Origin: Trichoplax sp. H2
Lineage: Eukaryota
DNA: 64,000 nucleotides
Assembly (NCBI GenBank): GCA_003344405.1
Contig: NOWV01000015.1
Location: 186,001 to 250,000 of the forward strand
Direction of reading: 5' to 3'
Shown here: in pieces, positions 1-12,000 of the stretch
Position numbering within the stretch: the stretch's first letter is position 1
How the letters are laid out: each line of letters opens with the position of its first letter
Made by a program: the position numbers and the translations under genes
The notes under the pieces: model-generated
Told to the model about the DNA's origin: nothing
The model's input: the letters and a program-made list of their open reading frames with translations, nothing else
The model's database searches: none

Positions 1-1047
1 CAAGCTTTATGATAAAGATTATAAGTTATACAAATTGATACACTGTATATAGCAAATATATGCTAATTTTATGCGGGAATATTTATTCTAAATAATGATC
101 AAACCTTTTCGTTATCTCGTCTGTACTAGTAATTTCATAACATTATGTTCAACTGTACGCGATATAATTGATAACCTTAAATATTAAGAAAGGGAATTCT
201 ACTCATCTTGGTAAGAGAAAATAAAGGAAAGTAAAGTAATGCAATGAATATTTCCATGTTAGTAGCAGCAAAACTTTATATTACTATTCTAATAATCTAA
301 TTTTAATCTGAAGCACTGCCTTCTTCCACAATTATCGTACTTTTTATATATATACTGCATGAAATCGGTTTCAGTGTATCGAATTAAAATCGATGTTTCA
401 GCTTCCATTACATCATACAGCGGTAGTAACCTTATTTAGTGAAGTTTAAATAAAGCATCGCAATCAATTCAAAATGTTAAATTGATTGAAGGTATGAGAC
501 AATACGATTCTATTAGGTCAATTTGAAAAGATAATTAATTAAACTTGTATTGCTATATTTTAAGAAAAAACGAATCATGCTTGTTTTTATCTCTGAAGAG
601 TTTCATCTATAGTTCATTATACATCAAAAGGCAAAAGTTAGTACATATTTGTAGATATCAACGAATTAAAATAAATTTATAACATTCAGGAAAGTAGATA
701 GTTTGACCAGAATACTTCTTTCTTCAAGATCATGTTTTAGTTGTGAATCATATGCACCGTGATAGCTATGGCAGTATACCCTGGCATTATCATATTAATA
801 ATACTGATTGATTAGAAAGAGACCTATTGAATATTTTAAAATTTGCAGGATCTCATGGTAGGGATATCTTTATTATAAAAGTCTTGCAGAGAATGAATTT
901 GTTATGGCAAAAGCTTGAGTAACTTCCAAAATCCCTTAATGATTACAGATGCCTGCAACAAGAATACCACAGTAAAATATTGTGAACAACACTTATGTAG
1001 ACTAGAAACGGCATCATATATCATGTCATACTCGATCAAATCCATAT

Positions 1048-1508
1048 CAATAGCAAATTAATAAATAAAATTATAACCATGATGTAGTGTAGTTATGCAA
1101 GATTAAAATTGACTAACCATGCCATCATTTATCTTGAAATACTTGATCCAGTATATATCAGCAGCAAATTAATAAAGTTATATTATACCCATGATTTAGA
1201 AAAGTATAGTAGGCATGTGCCATTGTTAGTATATAAAGACACGAAACAATATATTATTAATAACATTAAATTGTTCAGTCATTGTAATTAGCTAAAATTG
1301 TAGTAAAACAGCATTATTTATTATGTTATGATCGATGATGAACATACCAGTAGCAAATTAATAAAGGAGAATTATAGCATGATTCAATATAATAAAGTAA
1401 GACACGTGCCATTACCAACGTAATAGATGCGCAAAATAATGTATTATTAATAGTTTTAAAATTTCCAGGTACTGTAATTAGCCAAAACTGTAGTAAAATA
1501 GCCTCATT
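1048..1508. repeat. Diverged tandem repeat, unit about 190 bp, two full copies plus a partial one
   Basis: Anchor CA(A/G)(T/C)AGCAAATTAATAAA...CATGAT recurs at about 1048, 1159 and 1348; the 1159 and 1348 copies also share GTGCCATT and TGTAATTAGC-AAAA-TGTAGTAAAA. Confidence 0.75.
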
Positions 1509-1783
1509 AGAAATTTAGCAACTCCGTTCAGTTAGAGAAATATGACAAATAAATTCTACTGACGCCAGAAACACATTTGCTGTAGCGTAATTCTGTTCAA
1601 CTTTACCACATAAAAAAATATTGTGTTCGTATTTTAGGCCGATAATGGCTGTTTGAAGTCTAATATTGAAGGATCATACTATAACAATATCTATTTTTTA
1701 GCAAGTATCTGCATGCAATACGGATATAAATAATTGAGGTATAACATTATTTTCCTATTCATCCAGCTCCTGCCACTGCATTG

Positions 1784-3023
1784 TGATAGGAAGACTTACA
1801 CATTATTTTATGTGTGTGTATAACATAACCGTTATTACCAGAAATGAACAATGTAACAAAGTAATACTAAAGTTTTACCTAAAATATTTATTCTATACTT
1901 AACTAGCCTTCATAAACACCAAGCGGTAATTTCCATTAAATTAGAAATTTTAATTTTTATTACCATTCGAATCAATAGCAAACGGTATCAAATAGATTAA
2001 AAATCCAATAAAATTATAGTTTCAATATTCGCCATGATTTGATAAGAACTCAAGTGAATAACATCTTAGAATGCCATATTAAGAATTAAGACATAACTCT
2101 AAATTAAATTTCCTTGCTAAATCTTTAGTATGCCTATTATTTCTGAAATATCTACCACAATTTAAAAATAGCAGCGCGAAGTGCTTCATCGGACCCTGCT
2201 TGTCGAAATACACATTTAGTGCCATAAAATATTGAATATTGATTACAGTCACAGTTTTTGATAAATAATGTTTTCATTGAGCTGAATACATTAAGATAAC
2301 GAAACTCAATCGAAAAAATTCTTTAGGTATATTATTTGCTAGCCGATCGAAAACAAACTTTCTAAAAGATGCGGTGCTTTAAAATTCTGGATTGACTATC
2401 GTCGAAAGAAAACTCCTAATACGTATGGAAGCAGTTTTAAGTATAACTAGTATTGCACTGTCATAGGAGTTTATATTTTACTTAATTAATTTTGAAAGAG
2501 CTCGTAATTTTATATTTTCTAGAATTAACAAAAAATCAATTTTTAAGATTTTTAAANNNNNNNNNNNNNNNNNNNNTGATAGGAAGACTTACACATTATT
2601 TTATGTGTGTGTATAACATAACCGTTATTACCAGAAATGAACAATGTAACAAAGTAATACTAAAGTTTTACCTAAAATATTTATTCTATACTTAACTAGC
2701 CTTCATAAACGCCAAGCGGTAATTTCCATTAAATTAGAAATTTTAATTTTTATTACATTAAGATAACGAAACTCAATCGAAAAAATTCTTTAGGTGTATT
2801 ATTTGCTAACCGATCGAAAACGAACTTTCTAAAAGATACGGTGCTTTAAAACTCTGGATTGACTATCGTCGAAAGAAAACTCCTAATACGTATGGAAGCG
2901 GTTTTAAGTATAACTAGTATTGCACGGTCATAGGAGTTTATATTTTACTTAATTAATTTTGAAAGAGCTCGTAATTTTATATTTTCTAGAATTAACAAAA
3001 AATCAATTTTTAAGATTTTTAAA
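1784..3023. repeat. Gap-flanking allelic duplication (1784-2556 versus 2577-3023, N gap 2557-2576)
   Basis: Near-identical sequence on both sides of the 20-N gap with a few SNPs; the second copy lacks 1964-2289. Confidence 0.9.
1964..2289. mobile_element. 326-bp polymorphic indel, possible degenerate MITE
   Basis: Present in the left allele, absent at about 2756 in the right allele. Breakpoints share TAC microhomology and the ends are imperfect inverted repeats (CATTCGAATCAATAGCAAACGGTATCAAA versus TTTGATAAATAATGTTTTCATTGAGCTGAATAC). Confidence 0.35.
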
Positions 3024-6000
3024 TTTTTTTTCTAGAATGTCTCCAAGATTACTAAAGCCTTCAAATTGTCATTATATACTGGATAACTTTTGCTACCTAA
3101 ATGATATTATGCGTAATATACATTAAAAGAATATTTTATTAAGGCAATATTTATTTAGCTTTTCACTATATCATCTATTTTCGCTTTAAAATTACCTAAT
3201 CAACGTGAACTCAAAGAATTAAGTAATATCTCATTTATAAAACTATTGCAATTGAATAGACATAGCGATAAGCAATGCAACATCTGAATGCCATGAAATT
3301 ACTAATCGATTATTTACGATGAAAGACGAAGATTGAATACAGTAAAGCTTTTACTTAGAGTTTTAATGGCGATAGCCATCTACTATCATGCTGTGTTGAG
3401 TAAGCGACAGATATGGAAAATAATTGTGCTATGGCATAAAGAAATTTTAGGTCCAAAACTTCTGATGATTCTATTTAGATGCCTAATTTGATTTTATATG
3501 CTGTTGTAAAAAATTGGCATATTCTATTCTTTAAATCAATAAACACAGCAATCATTTTATCATTTAACGAACTATTGCTTGGACGTGAAACAAAAATACT
3601 CAAGTCTTAATTATGATTAAATTATTACCATTTCCCGTAAATAAGTCATGATAGATATCAACTATATTTCAGTCATTCATAGGCTTTGTTTTCTGGCGAT
3701 TATAGTCAACATTACTTAATTTTGTAATATCATTTGAAGAAATCAAATAATAGCTTACACATAAATTTAAGTCTTCTATGTCTGTCGAGGTTGCTTCTGT
3801 GTACGTTCTGTTTACTTGCCGTATAGACAACTTGTCTATCAGAACTTAATAGTTGTTATGGATTGGATAAATTCATGTGAAAATAGTGATAGTGCTAAAT
3901 TGACTTTAGATGAAATTATTTACTAGGCTGATTGTAATCCTATTCTCGTAACTATACAAGTTTTTGCAGTTAGTTCACTCTTATTAGGAACCCCGGTCTT
4001 TCTTCAAAATGTAAAAATATGCTAGTAATTTATTTTAAGGTGAAACTAGTTCACACCTCCGTTTTTCCATTGTAATAAGAAACTTTCAAGTTAATTTTGG
4101 CTAGAGCATCTACCCAATAAACATAATTTTAATATCTTAAAGAATCCAATATAAAAATAGATAACCATAATGATCTGATTGATCATTGTGATCCTTACTG
4201 CCATTGAATTTAATTAAGATTAAACCCACTATATTCTGATAAAGGTTATAAAGTCTGTTGCGAAGCAAAATCTATAATTAAACTATTCTATGGATTTAGA
4301 ATAAAGTAATTGAAACTGCTATAGACTATTACGCTTATGTCATTAATAATTACTGAATTATAATTTTGAATACATAAGATCATAATTGTTAAATTGGTAA
4401 TATTAAATTATGTCTTTGAGATAAAGTTTGATTATGAGCATATTATTGATAAAAGAATAAGAATAATAGTCGGGAGTTTTAGAATACTAGAATCGATGAT
4501 ATTTTAGTCTACAATATGGCGAATAAGAATAAAGATCGAGAATTTTTTAGAAATAGCTTTATGTATCAATAATCAATTATTAAATAATAGTATAATTAGT
4601 TTCGGATTCGCTTGAATAAGTAATGATCAGGAAGCAAATATAAAATAAACATCGGTAAATTTTAGTTTCAACTTTTCAACTCATCGGTTCATGTTGACTT
4701 TTTATTGTCACTCATATGGTAATATCTTTCCGCAATAGTCGTCGTCCTAAGATTAACATTCTCTTATTTGCGCTAGGTTAGTGGTATTTTTATTTCTATT
4801 TTATTTTCCGTATTATATCTACGAAATTGATAAGGCTGCCTATTTGCTGCAAGTAGATTAAAAATACAGGTGATTTAGCTTATTCAGTTGCCCGACATCT
4901 ACTTGAAATGACTGTCAAAATATGTCCGAGTGCAAGTAAAATAATCCATAGATTTCGAATCTATTGATCCTGTATCAAGTTAGAATGTAGAGTATACTTC
5001 AACTTCAAACATAAAATTGAATGTTAAATTCTGATTTTTTTTTCGGGAGACATTTTTTGATATTTTATTCCTGCCTGGAGTTGTTTGGATAAGTATTTTA
5101 TCAAATATCTATATGAAAATGTATTTGGATCGTACCCGATAGCTATAAAAAATTTGCTTGTAGGATAGACTTCTATTAATCTGCATCGTATCTTAAGATT
5201 AGCAACCATTATGAGTAAGTTGCTAATTGTTTAATAACTTTATTTTATTTCCAGTCCTTAAATACTAGAAATTATGAGGGAAAAGCAATTTAATGATCAT
5301 ACTACAGTCTATATGTTATTAGATCTGTATCAAAATATTAGTTAGGCATGTGTAATTATGAAATTTAACGGTTTTATATAAAGATGCAATGCTATGATGT
5401 ACAGTTTTCAAGCATCTGCTCTTATTGTGGAAATATCGAATTTTAAATTAGATACAATTTTATATTTTAAAGGGTATTATCGCTCGACATAGCATAAGGC
5501 GATAAGTTAAATGAAAAGCTATGTTACAATTTACGGCATATGAGCTAGATTTAGCATTAAAACTTTTACCAATTTTCCCCCGTTGGATGAAGTATAAATC
5601 TATATTAAATATTCTTTATTCAAGGTTGAAAGATTAATGTTAAGTCACTAGATAAAGATTGCTTCATTACTTCATTCTAAAATGCATAAAGTTATGGCGT
5701 GGTAGGTATTACTAAAATTTAAATTATCACAGCAAGGTCATTAGTGCGATTTTTGTTTCTAGATAATTACCTACTTAGCAGTATAAGCAGTAACTCCACA
5801 TAAATATATAATGGTTATTGATGATAAGGCATAGGTAGAAATTATTAATTTTAAATTAGAACTCTATGTTTACTCCCAATTCTGACTCTTCGTATAAAAA
5901 TAAGGAGCAAACTCTACATACATAAATTGATACTTAGAATTAATTTGAATGATTCTATCTAAAAGTTTTGTATTAAAATAAAAACAGGCGGATCTACTTT

Positions 6001-6996
6001 TGGAAAGATACATATCTTGTTGTAATCCGATATTAGAAGATAATGTAAAATACGTAAATCTGATTAATTTGCAAGCATTGCAATTTACGGCAACTTTTAC
6101 AGAATAGATTTATAATTTTATTTTGTAATATTTTGTTCCATTAATCCTCTATAATATAATCCGAAGTTGATATGACGGAAAAATTTATTCCACGCTTACA
6201 ACTGTGCTTGAGTATTCAGCAGCTACAATAGCTATTTATGCCAATACAAAAAGTCCTTAAATCCAAAACAATTCAACTATGTTTAAAATTGACATTTCAA
6301 CATGTAGAAGGTTATTTGAGATGTTTATGATTGCTGTAATTGGTATTTAATGATACAATTACCATTACTATAGCGTGAAGTGTGTAAATTAATGATGTAT
6401 TTGCAATACGCTTGTTCATAAAATAAGAGTACCAGACTTGAACGTATGAGTAAAGAGACTCAAAAATTTCATTTTTCCAGACAATAACAGTTGCCAATGA
6501 TATGTGCAATATTAATAACCATTAGCAGCTATAGGGTTCAATTTTAAAATAATAAAATCTAAATCTCAAACGTTTAGTACATCTAAGCGAATTAAGGGAA
6601 TTTGATAAAAGCGATTGAAAAAATTTCATTTAATATGTTGTTACGTGGCATAAGATATTGAAACATAGTAGGAAAATATAGTGCGGTACCCTCTGAGCAT
6701 AAGGGTATTTTTTTATCTAATTTAACAGTTTTGAGAGAACAACAGCAATATTAATTCGTTCATCACAGAACACTCTACCACGTTTCTACGTTTTGCGATA
6801 TAGCTACCTTCAAAATGAACATGACTATGATCATATTTTAATCCTGATGTTATTATTAATAACTATAGATTGGCAAGAAAATTTGTGGATCTTTGGCTTA
6901 TACAACGCTTAAATAAAAAATATTAGAAAAATTTAAATCAAAAAAACATCGATATGCAGGCTTATAATTCTACTACAGAAATTACCAGTAAGTACT

Positions 6997-7630
6997 TGTG
7001 ACAGTGTTATATACTGTATTAGAGTACAAATATCTATGTTAGGATAATTCTGTTAGCCTATCCTTATTTAGTTAACTTCTAATTTGGATACACTGTGTTT
7101 TAATATAGCACTGAATTTTTATGACAGTGACACATATATTGTACACATACTGAATTAATAGTTATAATAGGGAATGCAAATCATCTACTTACTGTTCGAA
7201 TCATTGTGATTTTAACTTACTTATGATAGATTTTAAATTATCGTGGAAATATTCCGTGATAGGAAATATCGTAATCTGACTATTCTGTATTAGCCATCAC
7301 ATGTCTATGTTCGTAATTACTGTTGTCTACATTAAGAGAGCAGTAGCTAAAATTAATATCTAATTCAGTAAATGATTCCAAAGTTAATCGTACTAACTAT
7401 GACTCATGAACTATTGAGGTATAGTATATAAATTCAGTATATCGTGTAATAAAGTAGATTCTCAAACTTAGTGTTTAACGTAAAATATGAGGCGTCTAAG
7501 TCTTGGTGGAGTCTGCTAGTAAAGCAAAAGTGTTTGTGATAGTGCAGATATCGTTCCTTGATACCTGGTTCAAGGAATTGATTTATTGATCGTACATTAT
7601 GTTATCTTGTTGCAAAGCTGCTTAATGGCA
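6997..7630 (+). mobile_element. Solo LTR, family A, copy 1 (634 bp)
   Basis: TGTGACA...ATGGCA ends, perfect 5-bp TSD GTACT (6992-6996, 7631-7635), TATATAA at 7425 and AATAAA at 7448; homologous to 18510-18865 and 56273-57464; no PBS or internal region. Confidence 0.85.
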
Positions 7631-8143
7631 GTACTGCATAATTTAAGTTCAATGATCTATTACCAAATTTTTCTCTCATCAAGGCTTAAAATGATTTATT
7701 CATGTTATTGGCGTTTTTAAGATAATTTGAGACTTAATCAACCATGATATTCAGTAGTGATCCTTTAGTGATTTTTAAGCTAGAATTATATGTCTATAAT
7801 TTTAAGTCATTGTCATGGTCAAATACATCTAAAAGTATCAATCTCATATAAATTCAGCAAAATAATTAGCAAATAAATTCTTTTATATGCTCTTTAATAC
7901 AGTATTAATGCCTGAGCATCAAGATAATTGTACATTTATACAATAAAAACTAAACTTCTTGCAACGAAATCATAAGTAACTTTGTGACAGCTGTAAGAAT
8001 AGCATTCTTGCCTCAAGTCAACGATAAATTATCCAGAATTGTCCATGAATAACGCTTACTTATATTCTTAAATGCTGTATTTTAGTAAATATCACCTGAA
8101 ACTATATGCAACATTGTAATTACTCTATTTTTAAATTATTTAG

Positions 8144-9093
8144 TCATTTTAGCACCTAAATACATCATCAGTGGAATACTGACTGTATTAACTAATTTCA
8201 TCTTACTGGTCTTTATGCTGAGACATGCTAAACTAAGAACTCACCGACATTCCATCACAATTAGTGCATTAGTAACTGCCATTTTATTTTCAATCCTTTA
8301 TATTTTACCAAGATTTACATATTATACTGTTCAAGGAGATATTATTCAACCAAGATCAGTTCGGTTAGGATTATTCTCCCGCATTGGTCAAACCCTTTTC
8401 TTATCCTTAAATATTCACATCTTCTTAAGAAGTATCCAGATGTATATGATGATATGCCATCCCTTAAACGGGATAGTTTGGCTAAATAGGCAAAATTTAA
8501 GCATTTTACTGATCATCGTATGGGGGATTACTATTGCTATTCCTCTTGGAAGTCAAATTTATTTCGAAATACTGATATACAATTTGGATGAGTCTCGTAT
8601 CTATCAGTATATTATGATATCACTTCAGTTCGTCCGAATATTTAGTATTTTTTTGGCTGCATTTTCCTTGATTGTCTTGTTGGTTCTAATTTTTGCGTAT
8701 GCCAAAGTTTATTCAGTTGCTAATAAAGCTGCTCACGAAATTCGTAAATTAAGTATTGGTCGGACAAGATCGAATTCTTTGATACCGAAGTTAAGGAAAC
8801 GAAGTAAAGCCATGTTTCAAGTTTTAACGATTTACTCTTGTTACATCATATTTTGGATGCCATTCTTGATTATTATACTCTATTCTCAGTTCTTACGAGA
8901 TTATAACAGAGAACAAACTCCTGAAGAAAGACAATTATTGGACCGAGCTCTTCGGTCTCTGCAGTATATTGCATTCCTGTTTCCTGCCATTCAACCAATC
9001 CTATTCGCTGTTTTTACGGCTGATATTTACCATGAACTAGTTGTCTCATGGCGTAGAAAAGTAATTACTAAGAAAGCTTGTATAAATAACTAA
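8144..9093 (+). CDS. Rhodopsin-like (class A) 7TM GPCR, paralogue 1; main coding exon, first exon not located
   Basis: ORF 8215-9093 extends in frame upstream to the AG at 8142-8143 (xILAPKYIISGILTVLTNFILLVF = TM1). Seven hydrophobic segments, ICHP after TM3, FWMPF in TM6, QPILF in TM7; aligns with the two other receptors. Confidence 0.88.
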
Positions 9094-12000
9094 ATCTTGA
9101 GTCCATGTCGTATTCTTTTTGTATCATACTTTGTAAATAATGAATTAAAATAAATTTTATTAATCTCTGCATGTATTAAGCCATTAGTATTTGTAGTTTT
9201 TACAGGAAATATTTGTATTCTCTTTTCAATAGCAGTGGCTTCTAATCTGTTTCCTCTAACTATTCTACACTTTGATTTAATACTTGTTGTTGTAGTTAGA
9301 AGAATGATTACGATGTGGAATTCTGGAACCTCATATCACGTCATTTGCTCGCTTATTTGAAACTAATCTAGATAAAATGTTTGTCCGATGATTTCGAGGA
9401 ACAGTTCTATGTAAATCATAAATTTTTCGTGATTATTAAAATCCTTATTTATATATCTTGATAGCCTGCCAAAACTATATCATAATCTGGGTCTAGTAAT
9501 AGAGCATTTAGTTACTAGCAATTTCATAAGCTCTTTATTGATGTCTGAAATAGTCTGAAATCTAGGAAGAATTTACTTAAATTTTTTTGTATTTTCCTTT
9601 CCTAGACCACAATTTCTGTAATAAATGACTATGATTCTTAAATGACTATTAAATCTTCCGTACTATTTTTAAAAAAGTACTGTATTCTATACTCTTAAAT
9701 TGGATTCATTAATGAACTTTTACCTTACGGATTAAGATTTATCTTTTTTGTTCCATCCATATACACATCTTAGTTGATTTGATGTTGCCACTTTATATTT
9801 ACCGCAACTCATAGCTTCATGAACTCTTTTAATTTCTATTTGATGCTGTAGCAATCTTAATTTTTCCAGATTTAAAGTCCGTTGCGTAATGATTTAGTTC
9901 AAATCTTTCAATACCCAGTGATAACCGCTAGTTTTTGTTGTCATAGACTATTTGCAGTTATGCTATTTTAAATAATTCAGACATGTATATTTGAAATTGA
10001 TCTGACTAGACTCAGCAGCCTTTCTCGTAGGTTAATCATAATAACAACACAGGAAATTTGATCATTATGTAGCTTGTTTGCTCAATCATTAAATAACTTT
10101 AATTCAGCTTGTAGTGTTATGCTTTCTTCATAATGGCTATCTATTATCGAGGACCTACTGTATTAAAGTTAACATTTCTTACATGTACTAAAGTCAATAT
10201 CAATTCGTATTGGAAATTAATAGAATTTATGTTATAATTACTAACTCGAAACAGCTAGTTTCCAGAAGCTCTTATCAATGAAAATTTTAATAAATCATTT
10301 TACATAGCTAAATGTTTTCATTTTCATTTTCTTAGACTAGATAAAATTTCTACATCATTTAGAAACGTGTAGAAAAAATATATATTTGATATAAATTAGA
10401 GTAGCCAATAACTTCTAATATTCACTAAAATACGCTAAGGACTAGAAAGTGGTTCTTAATCTTGCTATAGTTACCACAATATTCCTGTTCCAATGTATGA
10501 TCTATTGGCTATTGACGCCTATTCCTTGTGAAAGAGAACACATTGATAAATCTTTAGACATGGTCAAATTCTCATGACATATTAATTATCAAGTTTGCAT
10601 AACTAATTTCTCATAATAGTCCATAAATAGATTACTGTTCTTATCAGTTGACGTTACATTTCATCATGTCCAGGCATATAAATTCATGCTGAAACGGGAT
10701 CTTATAATCAATAACTTTATCTATGACTTAAATAAATCGACAGTAATATTTGGTTTCGCTGGTTACTAAGTTAAAACAATTTGAACTGATGACTAGGAAA
10801 ATATACATGTACATTTAGTTAGTCAATTTAAAGGCTTATAATTATATATAGCGGATCTATGGTAAGGAATTGTCAAATTTCTAGTAAAATTACTCTTAGT
10901 TACGTGACATTTTTGTATTGCGCTAAGAAGCTAATTACTTTCCTACATTACCAATTAGCAAAGGAAAAGAAATTTAAATTTTTTCTATTTATTATAGAAA
11001 AAACAATCTGATTAATGCTGCCTTAATATTTTACTGACATACTAGTTGAGAAGAAATCTTTAGTACGACAAACTATTTCTGACAAATCATCTTATAAGAT
11101 ATGAAGTAGTATTTTTTTGAATTCCAAGGAAAGAAATTTTTCGAGGAAAGACTCTATTTAGAAAGTTTAATTGTTATACTATTTGAATCGTTTATTCTAA
11201 TGCACTTTGTCACTATCTATGGTAATTCTGTAAAGGATATCCGACTTTTTAAGTAAAATTAATTATGCTGCACACTATTTAAATTTATATTTTAACAATC
11301 TGATTATTCATTGTTTTCGAATTCCTTATCGATTCTGCTATTTTGACATAATCAGAATTCTAGACTTGTTTCAAATTATATTCCTATGTAACCGTATATG
11401 ACGGATGAATAGCAACATTGTTGCTTAAACAGATTCATTAAATTTCATATCTATGCCTGCTAAGCAGTATGTTCCGTTCTTTAACGGCAGTATTTATTAA
11501 ATAAACCATTATATGTTGATTCAACATTCGATGGCAGCTTATACTAAAAATGTCATGCTTTAATAATAAATTGTAAAAATTGGATTTTCTTTTCTAAACA
11601 CAAGCTAATGCTTTGCTACTAAATTTTTATAATTGGTTGTTTGAATCAGCAGTGACATCGACCAATCGTTACACATTTATTAATACTAAATGCCTTCCAT
11701 CCAGCTTTCTCAAGGCCAATGAAATTAAAATAAAGGCAAGTATTGATTCCCAAGATTGCTTAGTATCTGTATGACAGTAAATACATTTTGTTATTGCTAA
11801 CATCGAAGTAGACAATTCTTTTCATTTCCGCTGTGCTCTATTAAATCTATTAAATCTAATGTGGTATATAAATCTCAAGTAAGTCTTAAAAAAATGCTAC
11901 ATTTGAAAATTAAAATGACGAGAAAAATTTTAATATGGTAGCAGTAAGGTAGCAATATTTGTTGATATACTTGCTGTTTTGCTGAAGTCTATCGCTAATT

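Noticed and set aside
2492-2695. 67-aa ORF
   Set aside because: Spans the N gap and joins two allelic copies; artefact.
3823-3839. Isolated 7-8 bp hairpins (also near 11410 and 55765)
   Set aside because: Expected by chance in AT-rich DNA and not clustered.
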